Below, one piece after another: positions 1 to 12,400 of a stretch of DNA of 64,000 nucleotides. The stretch's first letter is position 1. Every line of letters begins with the position of its first letter. The notes under the pieces were generated by a model, which ran no database searches, was not told the DNA's origin, and saw only the letters and a list, made by a program, of their open reading frames with translations. A program made the position numbers and the translations under genes. Source of the DNA: Balanoglossus misakiensis (Eukaryota; Animalia; Hemichordata); NCBI GenBank assembly GCA_040954595.2, contig CM082598.2, positions 4,975,097 to 5,039,096 on the forward strand, read 5' to 3'.

Positions 1-251
1 GTTTTGTTGATTGTCAGTGCTTTGCTGTATCGTTTTGTGACTGTCTGTCTTTGAAAGTCTCCTAGTAAATATCTTATAGTTGATCAATGAACTTGAGAGT
101 ATGGATGGCTATGAACACAATTAGAAGGGTGCTCTTCTTGGTGTAAAATGTGTTCCAAGGACCACTGGATAATTTGTGTGTCTCACTTGATGATGTTACA
201 TGTTTTTGTTGTTCTTTATCATTAATGTTGTGATATTTACTCTGATCACAG

Positions 252-3212
252 GAGCAACTGGACAAGATCCGACTGCAGTATGGCGGTCAGTTGTCGATGA
301 GATACGAGAGCAAAGAACTTGGAACGGCAAAGATCATCAGCGAAAATGACAGACTGCGCAAAGAACAGCGCAGGGACAGTGAAACGATAGAGAAACTGAA
401 AGTGGAGAGAAGTCAGTTGGAAGTAGAAAAGAACAAGCTTCTCAGAGATCTAGATGAGGTTAGTAAGTTGGCTATGAAATACTTGTTTCAACACAAGGGA
501 ATTTGGAATGAAATGTGCGAGAAAGGTAATAAATCATGACTTGTGATATACCTTCAGCTGACAAAATCTATTTAACTAGTCTGGTGTCCTGGTTGTGTCC
601 ATACATGTACATAGATAAATAATGCTGTCAAAAGTCTATTTCATTTAAAATGCCACAGTGGCCCTGGGGACAAAGTTTGCTCAAAATGCAGAAAATAGTG
701 ATGCAGAAAGCTTGATTACCCAGTCATTGTAGCTGTCCCTTTTGATGATTGTGGGTAATTTTACACCTACAGTTTCTTGATCTTGAAGCATGTTGAATAC
801 CAAGTGTTTAGATTGTCAAGAAAGTACCTATATGTATAAAGTGCAGTGCTATTGTTGACATACACGTTAAGTCCAGGCTAGATTGTCGAAATCATGCAGG
901 ATAACATGGTAAATATGATGTCTGTATAGGTGCGGAAAAACCTTGAAATTGAAGAAGCCAGGGGTCCAAGACTAGAGAAAGCTGACAGTAAAAGCTGGAA
1001 GTCTATCGTTGTCACAAGAATGTATGAAGAGAAGATGAGAAATATGGAACAAGATTTGGACAAGAAGGTAAGGAATTTAGGAACAGAGTCGCATATAATT
1101 TCAAACATAACTTGCTGTGAAGTCAAATTGAAGAGTGGGGTGTTTTCCAATCTGTGGCTTTGGGTATGGGTCCCATACAACACTGTTGTTAGCAATTCAA
1201 AGTGTCGCAAAAGCAACAGCTACAATGTACACCATTGCAAACAATGTGGTTGTTATATTGTATTACACTGTAGTGTAACTGCTACAATGTACATCATTGC
1301 AAACAATGTTATTGTTACTTTGTATTACACTGTAGTGTAACTGCTACAATGTACATCATTGCAAACAATGTGGTTGTTACTTTGTATTCCACTGTACATC
1401 ATGACAAGCACTGCCTTGTTACTTTTTGTGTAAAATGTCTTACATGTACAATTGCAGTTAATGCATTTCAGTTGACAAGACATAGTCTTTAGGAGACTTT
1501 GCAATGCTATGAAAGTACATGCCTTATACCTACACACCCGTATGAATGAAGCTTTTCTTCACTTGCAGAGTTCAATGATCCTAGACATGAAGACGTTGCT
1601 GAAGGAATCAGCTCAGCGTGAACAGATGCTGATGCATGAATGTGAAATGTTGAAAGAGAAAGTGTCTGTATTAGAGAGGTATCCTAGTCACTTGAAGACT
1701 GATAGCGATGTCGTCAGGGAATTTCAACAATCAAGGCAGGTTGAATGATTTTATTGTATACTTTATGTTCTTTTTCACCCCTGTTTTCCGGTTCATGAAC
1801 TCCACTGTACCATTGGAAACAATGATGTTAGATGAAACCATTGTAATGACAGGGGAAATAGACCTGTATGGGAAGAATATGTTGCATGTTGACTACTACT
1901 AGTGTTGTGGGCATCAGGTTTTGGAATAAAGACTTTTTTAAGTCATGCGATAGCAGTACATACAAATACTTGTAAACAAACATTCCGAGAAATGTGACCA
2001 TTTCTATGTTCGCTTTATGTGCACATTGCTTTCTTTCTCAATTGATCAGACTCTGCTGGCACTGTTCATAAAGATAAACAGTGGTGGCCCTCTTCATGAC
2101 TACGAGCTTCTTTTAACTGAATCACCAGGCACAATTCTTCATTCAGCTATTTCAGCAACTAAACATTCTTTCTGTGTACCTGTTGCTCTGATTAACATTT
2201 GCGTTACTGTGTTTCTCAGACTGCGGGTGGATCGTCTTGAAAACGAGAAAGCTGAGTTGTTGAATGAACTGAAGACACTACGCAAACATACAAACCCATT
2301 AGCTGGAACTCCGGCAGATGTGGTAATTTTTTTTTCTATCAAAGAAATAAATTTTTGTGTGAATAGTTTTAATGAGTGTATGTACTGTGCAATTTTCCAC
2401 TACTAGATTACTGTTCTCTCTGCTATATGTTGCATTTTTGATCTCAGATACTAATTGGAAATATCGTAAAAAATTGTGCGGTTTTGAGTGACTGAGTATT
2501 TGTACCCCAAATGTAAGATTGAAAAGTTGAGATTACAGAAAAAATGTGGCAAGAACAGATAGCTGTCTCATTCGCAAATATTGCGATGACTTCTGGTAAT
2601 GCTTTCCTGATGATGCTTGAATATGAAGGTTCTTTCCATGACCTTTGACCTTTGTTGTGTTATGATCATCACCAGGGACAGGATGAGATCGTGGAGAAAG
2701 TCCGCAGTTACGATAAAATGTTGACGGAAAACGTCGAAGTGAGAACGGAGATGAAATCACTACAACTGGAGAGAGATCAACTGCGGCAAGAAAACGAAAA
2801 GGTATGGCCCGTTGATTTGACCTCTGACCTCTAGGCGGACTATTAAAGGGACACTCTCTGTTGACAATTAGAATATTTGTTGTGTGCGTTAGAAAATCAC
2901 ATGTCATATTCTGCAACATTATAACATTCAGTTATTGCCAGAAATTCAGAATTAGGGTACAGTAACATTGGTTAATTGTTTCCACCAATGCACTACATTC
3001 CAAGATGTAACTATGGACACTCTGTGACTGACATAATTGTATTTCTGGTCCAGTTTCGAAAGGAGCTTCAACAGTTTGGCCCGGAATTCTTTGAGGAGAT
3101 CGAAGATTTGAAGTACAACTACCGAGAAGCTGTTCATCGGAATGTCCAGTACGAAGATCAGCTGACGCAACTCTCAAAACAATTCGGTGTACAAGTTAAT
3201 ATCCAGTCTTGA
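252..3212 (+). CDS. CEP290: Centrosomal protein 290 kDa, last six coding exons (5' part lies upstream of window)
   Basis: Exons 252-458, 930-1067, 1569-1735, 2220-2322, 2676-2801, 3054-3212 splice in frame (1736-2219 is a GC-AG intron). Coiled-coil protein with SWKSIVVTRMYEEKM and terminal FRKELQQFGPEFFEEIEDLKYNY, which I recognise as the CEP290 C-terminus (human ...FDPSFFEEIEDLKYNY...). Stop TGA at 3210-3212. Confidence 0.92.
1215..1398. repeat. 62-bp minisatellite, about 3 copies, in a CEP290 intron
   Basis: GCTACAATGTACA recurs at 1219, 1281, 1343. A reverse-complement array of the same unit lies at 13925-14102. Confidence 0.9.
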
Positions 3213-4884
3213 GTTGTGAGATGAACTTTGACCTTTGGCATGTGACCTCAAATTGACCTCTAGTCTGTAAACACTGAATTACAGCCAAATTTAAATGAAG
3301 ACACTAAATTTTCTGATTGAAACAAATAAGAATTTACTTTTAAATGATTTCACTATTTATTGTGATTGTAATTTTGATCAGCATTTACAAATTAAGATGT
3401 TAAAATTGCAACAATTTTCAACTTAATATAAACATGTCTGCGGCAAAAGGGAAGCCATCTTTGTTTGCTCTAAGTCACTCTAGTGTCACTTTAGTCAATG
3501 TGCCAATATCTCTAAACTAAACTCTAATCTCTAAACTGCTGTCTTCCGTCCTGTGCAGGTTTTGCAGGAGAAATACATGTACAAAATTCAGAATCTCATT
3601 CCATGACATTTTAATACTACATGTAGTAACTTGTATTGCGATGTTTAAATAGTCCTGTCGTCATCTATATTACACCAAATAAATTTACACAATTTGCATA
3701 CTTAAACAATTAAAAAGTTTAATGGATATCACTTCTGATTACTGGCATAATGAAAATTTAAATTTGCAGTAAATTTCATGATTTTTCTGTCAAAAATGAT
3801 ATTTATAATGACTGATAAAATAATATAATTGATGAGAATTAATACTGCATTTGTAAATTGTTGCTATCATCATTTTCTTTGTAAGTTAATCATTTCTATT
3901 CTACCCTGAAAAATATTTAATGTATAGGTGCTTGGTGAAATATAAGGTTCCCCTGGGTGGTTGGTAAACAACATGCATTTGCATTTTGTACTTTGTTTTG
4001 TATATACTATGTGTAATGGATAATGGAGAATTTGAACTTTAATAGCCAGACACAATGAATCTTCAAACATAGACAAAAATAAAAAAAATGTGATATTTCT
4101 TTTCTAATTCAGAAAAACTTTCTGCAAAAAGTAGGTGGATATAATAGTAGTGCTGATACTTAAGAATAAAGATGTTTAGTTTTTGCACAAAAATATTGGT
4201 TGACTGTAATTTTGAGACAAGAGGGGTGTGGCTCTGTACTGGTCCTACTGTAGAGTGAGATTGAAGACTGACTATTTCACTTCATGGTGTTTCGTCTGCA
4301 CAGTCATCGTCTACACCACGTTGCTGAAGTTGCCCGTCAGCTGGAATTTTGAATGCAATGTAACTGCGCTTGTCAGCGAGTCTGATGTCATTTTATACTA
4401 TCATGTAAATTTTTCTGACTATTTACTGCTAAATATAGATTTGAACTTTCTGTTTATATCAACTTTGTCGACGCAACACTATGTACTCATGCTCAGCATA
4501 CAATAGCGCATGAACATATGATAGTTGGTATCCTGAAGAACTGGTTTATTTTCGGTTGGGTAATTATGTTTCAACTTTATTGTCACTTTAATCAATGATA
4601 TTTTCATCTCCTTGGAAGCTACTCTCACAAGAGAGTGAGTTTGGTTAGTTACAGTTCTAATCCTATAAAATACAAGTTAGTTTTCTGTTAGAGTTAGGGT
4701 ATATTCAACTTTTAGGGTTAGAGTATATTCAACAGTTCAACTATGTATACGCGAGCATATTCTGTAACTGAGTTCAAATATGTTTTTTTTTTCTTTTTGA
4801 TTTCAGTTCAACAGTTGGATTATTTAGACTAAGTAAAACGGTGATTTGGGGAATTTTTGCAGCTGTTGATTTTAATATACAGAA

Positions 4885-7800
4885 ATGGCATCAGAGCAAA
4901 GTAGGTACCACCTGGATTTCACCAAACCATTTGTCGAGCCAGGTGTTGCCATTTTTTGGTCGTAATATCTCAGAAAGTTTCAAATTCTTTGAAATTTACA
5001 TGTTGATTGTCCTTCCCTTTGGTGAACATAAATCTGCCAAACTGTGCTGATGATTATCCAACTGCTTTGGAATTTTGGGTTTGTCTACGTTCTTGTCACT
5101 TTTGATGATTCATTACCATAGTCAAATTATTGGAAATTGTGATGGACTTTGCCTTTTATATGTGAGGTTAATTTTGCCTTTATTTTAGGGATTTTTGAAA
5201 TTTACTTAACTATATTTAAAAAATTCTTTCAATTTTAAAATTTTGCAATTTTATCAGTTAAAACAAACTTCAAATTTCTCAGATTTTTCATCACAGAAGC
5301 AGAAAAGGAGTCTGTATTGGGAAGAGCGAAATGCACATTGCGATGGTATCAGACGAATATACAATGTAGAGGGCGATGCAGAAGACATGAGCAGATTAGA
5401 AATTGAGGAGTATATAAGGGCACTTCCTTCATTGGAAGGCAAAAATGTTTGTGATTTAGGTGCTGGGATAGGGTAAGACAACATTATACTATGATCTATA
5501 AGTTTTGCATCGCAGATAACATATTGAGACCACACTATTGTCATAGCTGTGGCCTAATCTCATTTAAGCCACAAGATGAAGAAGTTAGCTGCATTTTACC
5601 CAAATAATTCATCTTACGTCCTTTTTTGACCTCATCAATTTAACGACTTTATTTCTCTATGTTAATATGTTGATAGGCGATGGACAGGTGAATTTGCCAG
5701 ACGTGCAAACCATGTCACTGCTGTAGAATTGATAGAAGGATTAACCCAAACAAACAAAGATTTGCACGGTGCAATGGGAAACATTGATTTTATAACAGCT
5801 GATGCTACCGACGTGAGATTTCCTCCAAACAGGTGAGATAATAGTTTAGTTTGCTAGTTCTGGTAAGTTGATGTTTATACTTTGTTTGCCCTGAAGGCAA
5901 CATGATTACAAAGTAAATAATACTATTATTGTTATTGTTGATGTTATTGTTGTTGTGATCATTTAACCATGTACAAAATTTCTGGTTATTTTCAGCTTTG
6001 ATTTAATTTTCTCTGTGGGCCTGTTCATGTACATGGATGACTCTGAAACTAACAAGTTTGTAAACACAGCTTTGTTGTGGTTGACAGATGGCGGATATTT
6101 TTTCTTCACTGACGTTGCAAGTAAGTAGTCACATGGGTCAAGGTCAATGATTTAGCTGATGTCGATTCAGCTAATGATTTAGATGATTTTGAATAAGAAA
6201 TGGTAGTTTGCACAGACGGAAATAGTGAATAATCACTAACGTTGTAGATACTGTCTCTTTAAGTTTGTTTATTGATAATTATATTTGATACCACAGTAAA
6301 TCCATCTCTATTTAACAAGGTAAAAATCTTCAAAGCTTCAAGATGGTCTTGCCTGGAATAAATCGCTCTGCAAGTGATTATAAAGATATCTTTAATGGTG
6401 TGACTGTACCAATTGACGGTTTGGACAGCGTATATAAGTGGGAACTTGTTGCCCATGAAAATTCTCAATACATAAAGGTAAGATGCAAATATAGCTGTGA
6501 ACAGCAATAAGCGGGTTTCGAGACACTACTAACCCTATTGGTTCGCTATCGGAGATAGATTTGTGCATATTTAATTACTGCATTAGTTGTTCTATCACTC
6601 CAAATGCCAAGGGTGTATGTGCTGTGGATGCTGAGATGTCGAAAAGTAGGTCAAAGGTCACGTGAGGTCACGCTTAATATAAGCAGAAAATTGTTACGCT
6701 ATACTGGTCCATGTCCAACAAAAACCAGACTTGTAGCCCTACTGGTTTGCCTGGAATTAGGTATGCACATAATTAATGAGTTAGGCAGGTGTCACAGGTG
6801 ACTCTAGAATTTGGCTTCTTATTTTGGTCCCGTCTGTCCAAACACCTAAGCTGTACCTGCTCTGGATGCCGAGATATGTGAAAGTAGGTCAAAGGTCACC
6901 CAAGAACATCCAAAGTTTGGGGAAAAAATTTGTCCCCATACTGGTCCATGTCCGACAAAAACCAGACCTGTAGCCCTATTGGTTTGCCTGGAATTAGGTA
7001 TGCACATAGTTAATGAGTTAAGCAGGTGTCACAGGTGAGCCTTAAATTTGGCTTCTTATTTTGGTCCCATCCACCCAAACACCTAAGCTGTACCTGCTCT
7101 GGATGCTGAGGTATGCGAAAGTAGGTCAAAGGTCACCCAAGGTCACCCAAAATTTGGGGGGGAAAATTTGACCCCATACTGGTCCATGTCCGACAAAAAC
7201 CAGACCTGTAGCCCTATTGGTTTGCCTGGAATTAGGTATGCACATAGTTAATGAGTTAAGCAGGTGTCACAGGTGAGCCTTAAATTTGGCTTCTTATTTT
7301 GGTCCCATCCACCCAAACACCTAAGCTGTACCTGCTCTGGATGCTGAGATATGCGAAAGTAGGTCAAAGGTCACCCAAGGTCACCCAAAATTTGGGGAAA
7401 AAAATTGACCCCATACTGATCCATTTCTGACAAAAACCAGACCTGTAGCCCTATTGGTTTGCCTGGAATTAGGTATGCAAATAGTTAATGAGTTAAGCAG
7501 GTGTCACAGGTGAGCCTTAAATTTGGCTTCTTATTTTGGTCCTATGCTGCACAATAGCCGATAGGACTATTGTACTGACCAGAATTATACAAAAAGATGT
7601 GGCCATAGCTTAAGTATAGTGGAATAAGTATAGGTATAGATTTCATAAAAAAATTAATATAAAAAAATCGGTCGATTTTTCATATTATTTTTTTCAGTTG
7701 GAACTGATTGTCGGAAGGTAGGCTAGCTGCACACAAAATTTGAAGCTGATCAGCCCAGCGGATGTTGAGATCTTGGGCATAAATCTAAAATCCTAGGGGG

Positions 7801-8440
7801 CCATAGCTTAACCATGGAAAGTATAGGCCAATGGCTGGGTCCAATGGTCATGGAAAATATGAAAAATAATGCTTTAAAAATCATCTCCTCAAAATCGGCA
7901 AGGACTTAGACATTGAAATTTGGCATATAGGACCCTGGCCATATGGTCCACAAAGTTTCTGAACAGAATTTGGATTCGTCATTTTTTATGCAAATGAGAC
8001 CAATTTAAAAGTTTAAATCCAATATGGCTGCCAGGTCATGTGACCTGTTGCCATAGTGACATGATCAGAAAATTACTTGCTTTGAGTTTTACCTATGAGC
8101 CAAATTTCAAGTCATTGGGTGCAACGGTCTTCGAATAGCGGCTGTTTTTAATAGTGGGAAGAAGAATAATAATAATAAAAAACAACACGATTTCAAGAGG
8201 GTTTCGAGACCCCTCTGGTCTCGAAACCCTAACTAGTAGATGAAATGTTGAACTTGGGAATTAATTAAGCCTATTTCAGGGCTATCAGTGCTATTTTATT
8301 TTACTAAAATAACAAAAACCTATATCGATTCTGTCCCTTTATTATTTCAGGATTTCCCTGGACAAACGGGTGCATATATGATATACAGAAAAGTTCGTCA
8401 CCATGCAAATTTGCATAGTATAAACAGTGTAATGAACTAG
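4885..8440 (+). CDS. Class I SAM-dependent methyltransferase, homologous to the N-terminal domain of phosphoethanolamine N-methyltransferase (PEAMT/PMT-1-like), single domain, divergent
   Basis: Exons 4885-4900 (tentative ATG exon), 5283-5472, 5677-5832, 5996-6120, 6320-6477, 8351-8440 join in frame: ...LYWEE...LPSLEGKNVCDLGAGIGRWTGEFARRANHVTAVELIE...IDFITADAT...FDLIFSVGLFMYMDD...WLTDGGYFFF...MIYRKV. This parallels plant PEAMT MT1 (...[21 protein letters not shown]...LDLIFSNWLLMYLSD...GGYIFF...WIWQKV). Stop TAG at 8438-8440. Confidence 0.85.
6500..8236 (+). mobile_element. Non-autonomous Helitron/Helentron-like element with an internal 238-bp tandem array
   Basis: 3' hairpin AGGGTTTCGAGACC-cctct-GGTCTCGAAACCCT (8198-8230) followed by AACTAG. 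The same GGGTTTCGAGAC motif is at the 5' end (6513-6524). About four 238-bp units at 6621, 6859, 7096, 7334. Superfamily assignment is inference from the end structure. Confidence 0.6.
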
Positions 8441-8479
8441 TTTGTAATAACACTATTATTCTATATAATGGTGTGTTTC

Positions 8480-8800
8480 CTTGCATAATGGCGTCAGAGT
8501 CGTTGTTGGCGTCATACAATTGTCCAAAAATTAAAAATTCACGACTTGGCGAACTTTGGTGATTTTGTCTCTTTCGGACATTTTTCATGGATTATAGCTC
8601 ATGATTTTTTTTCATGGGCTATAGCTCATGAAAATTGTCCAAAATTAAAAATTCACTACTTGGCTTACTTTGGCGACTTTGTCATTTTTGAACATTTTTC
8701 ATGGGTTGTAGCTCATGAATTTTTTTCATGGGCTATAGCTCATGAAAATTGTCCAAAATTAAAAATGTACTACTTGGCTTACTTTGGTGACTTCGTCACT
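8480..8800. repeat. About 115-bp tandem repeat, 2.5-3 copies
   Basis: AATTGTCCAAAA..AAAA..CAC.ACTTGGC recurs at about 8518, 8633, 8747. Confidence 0.85.
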
Positions 8801-9370
8801 AATTGTTAATTAATAATGAGAAATTATCGTCGCATCGACTAAAAATAGGACTTTGAAAGCTAGAATCTCGAATATTTTTGACTTTCAAAGCAGAAAAACG
8901 TAAGAACCATGATTTTTGTTAAGAACCACGGCCACGTGTATAAATTCCTATCTAAGAACCTTGTTGATATCGGCCACGTATAAATTCCTATCTAAGAACC
9001 TTGATGATGTCGGAGGGATAAATTACAGTAATTGTTAATTAATAATGAGAAATTATCGTCGCATCGACTAAAAATAGGACTTTGAAAGCTAGAACCTCGA
9101 ATATTTTTTACTTTTAAGGCAGAAAAACGTAAGAACCACGATCTTGTTAAGAACCACGGCCACGTGTATAAATTCCTATCTAAGAACTTTGTTGATATCG
9201 GCCACGTATACATTCCTATCTAAGAACCTTGATGATGTCGGAGAGATAAATTACGATAATTGTTAATTAATGATGAGAATTTATCATCGCATCGATTAAA
9301 AATATAACTCCTGTATTTTTTACTAGTAAAGGCTATAAAACGTAAGAACATCGATTTTTGGTAAGAACCT
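8801..9370. repeat. About 229-bp tandem repeat, 2.5 copies, immediately upstream of ARHGAP exon 1
   Basis: AATTGTTAATTAAT.ATGAGAA at 8801, 9030, 9258, with internal TAAGAACC sub-repeats. Confidence 0.88.
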
Positions 9371-9441
9371 CATGCATATGCATAAGATTCGTTGACCCCG
9401 TCGGGTCATAAGAGTTCACAGATTACAAACAGTCGAACATC

Positions 9442-12400
9442 ATGGCGGACGCTAATAAAACAGCGATACCCACGGCCACGGATGATGAATCGGCGGCCTC
9501 TGTAGCACATCAAACCGAAGAAGGCAACGGTTTAGTAAAAGAAGACGATGAACACGCCGAGAACCATTATTTCGAGACGGACACGGAGGATCTTGAGAAA
9601 GCGTCCGAGGAAGGTGAGAAAGTAACATGACCGAGTGTGTGTACATGTACATGTACGTATACCTATGCCTCCCTGTGAGTCACTTGGTGTTTACGCTGTG
9701 AATTTAACTGCTCTGTCGCTAGTGAATCACGATCAGACATTGAAATTTGGGCTCTTGTTATAGTTGAGGCAAGTCACCCTGTAAACAAAATACAGTTGTC
9801 GTATTAAAGCGTGATACGTGGCCCCGGGCCCCTTTAATATTAATATCCAACCATGGAGGTACCTCCATGATCCAACTAAACATGTACACGTAATTTACAT
9901 CACCAATTTTACAGTATTATTAATTCGGTTCATTATGTAGCTTTTTCGGATAATCGAAGAGTGGGATTAAAGGTATACGGTCACCTATACAAATTTAGCC
10001 ACAGTTACCATGGTAAATTGAGATCTAACCAATCACAGATTTTCAGTGGGTGGCACACGCGAAAATAAAGCGTTCTTTAGAACACTCAAATACGCCATTT
10101 CAACTATATATGGCGATATGTAAATTGGAGGTGACCGTATACCTTTAAAATACAGTAATATCGAAACCCCCAGTAAACTCTGTTTTGTCAAACTATCAGC
10201 TATAACATTGACTGCCTCGAAGATCGTTCATTTTCGCCAACGTGAAATGTACACGCCCACTTACAACAGGCAACACGTTTTTACGGTCAGTGTCCTTAGG
10301 CCTTGAAATGACCATGTGAAAAATGATAATCAGGATTACAGATTCCAGACAGTGGGGATATTCGTACCTGGTACCCTGGACAAGAACCATTCGATTTTGG
10401 ACAGCTGTTACTGTTGGCAAAATAAAAACCTGATTACGGGACAGAAATTGTTATTGCAGTGATCACATGACTGTCTACTCAGACCAGATACTAGATCCCT
10501 GGATGGCAACAGATGTGTTTCATTAGTCACATGTTTTATGAAAAACTGAAAGATGGTGTAAACGACACTTTTCAATGCAAAAATGGATTTTTTTACACTT
10601 AAAAATACAACACTTTTTCCAGATACTTCTGTCAAGCATTTATTTTCTATAAACACATACATATATATCTACACATACTACATAGGCCAGTAATTAGGCA
10701 AAATATATATTTATTTTTGTTATTAGATCAAACTGGTATAAATGGGATACGATAGTGGTTCCCCAGTCATTTTTGAACGGAAAGGCCCTCTATAGTCCAA
10801 ACATGAATGACATTATTGGATAAATTATTGGCAACTGTATAACACTTACTGATAAGCAAGCATTAAGTGAAGTGTTGGACTACTGTATTTGACTTTTGAC
10901 CCTTAGCACTGTGGAAAACAATCAAGTGTGGCCACTTAGCTTAGTGATAATTGTCATTGTCAGTTACCTGCATACATTGGGATGTGGTCAATTTTTGGAG
11001 TATTTCACCTGATTATGTGAGGTTTGAATAAAAAAGGCAAAAGTCAGTGACAGTTGTTTAGAGTTTAGAAGAATGAGTTTATGATCTGATCTATAAATAG
11101 TTGATTGTCGATAAAACTCTTTATGGCCAACAGTAGTTATTGTGCGGTTCAGACTAATAACCTTTGACCTCTGTTGTTGAGTGCGCACAATACTGGACAT
11201 ACCGACGCACACTAATACACTCCTGCTGGATATGGTTAGTGTCGTTCATTTGTGAATATGTCCCTCTGCAGCAGTTCTGGTTCTGTGCGTGTTTCAGATG
11301 GAATGACTAATAGCAGAGGTATATGTATGATGTTGTTTGTATGTTGAGTCTACTGTTTTTAACTGAGAAATTCTTGAACTGGAAAAACTTCTGGGAAGTC
11401 CTGGGGTTTTTGATGACTTCGAGCGCTTGACAACCAGCTCCTAAATTTTTTTCGTACATATTAAAGTGGTTCTTTTCTAGGGCAGTTCCCCCCTGGACAA
11501 TAGATGCATGGAACAGTTTAGCCACTAGTGCTACACACTGTAGCAGAAAATGTCAATGATAGAAAAAGAGAAGTTAGTAGGTAGGGTTAGAGAACAAACA
11601 GTTTACCGTTAGGGCAGTGACTTTTGGGACTACCTTCCCAAGGTACTTGAGAATCTAAAACTAGCTTGCCACCCCCTGTATTATTGGGGAAATGGAACCT
11701 ACTGGTGATCACGTGCACTTGTATGCTATGAAGTATTTGAATTATTGTATCATTACATTGTGTGTAGAGTTTTCATTTCAAGGAACAGCACTGTATCTCA
11801 GGCAGCCCTTTTGTGCTTGTTGGACCTACACACTGCTAAAGTCATTTTCAGAAGTAACGGTCGTTTTTCCCGAAATCTGTAGAATTCAAAAACATGAAGT
11901 TGGCGATGGCGTCCGACAGCGAACCGAGCGAGAAAGGAGGTACCACGGAACCCACAACGCCGATGACGCCAAACGAGACGGAAAAGGAGACGCAAGTGGA
12001 CGCCGACACATTCGAAGATATCGCACAGCATAAAATAATTGATGTTGCAGGTATGTTACCATGGTTTCCAAGTCTCGTTTACAGCAGGGCAGTGCTGACT
12101 TAAGCAGATTATTCTCTGATTCTGAAGTTGGATTTCAGTGTATAGTTTATATGAACTGGAACGCAGTTTATTAGGTCAACATCTTGACAACCGTAAAACC
12201 CGGAACTTCAACAAAAATACCTGAAGTGCATAGTACACACAGAAACGACTTACTGATTTGAACAGCTTCAATGGTAAACTTCCTATCATCAGCAAACAGT
12301 ATTATCATTCCCAAACGACAAGAATACATATAAAAACATTATGACATCTATGTATGTCTGTATTTATTTTTCAATTAATAATCACCACCTTCAGAGCCGC

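Noticed and set aside
6248-6319. Acceptors at 6247 and 6296 for methyltransferase exon 5, which would imply a pseudogene
   Set aside because: Both give in-frame stops, but the AAG acceptor at 6319 keeps an open frame with continued PEAMT similarity, so a pseudogene call is not supported.
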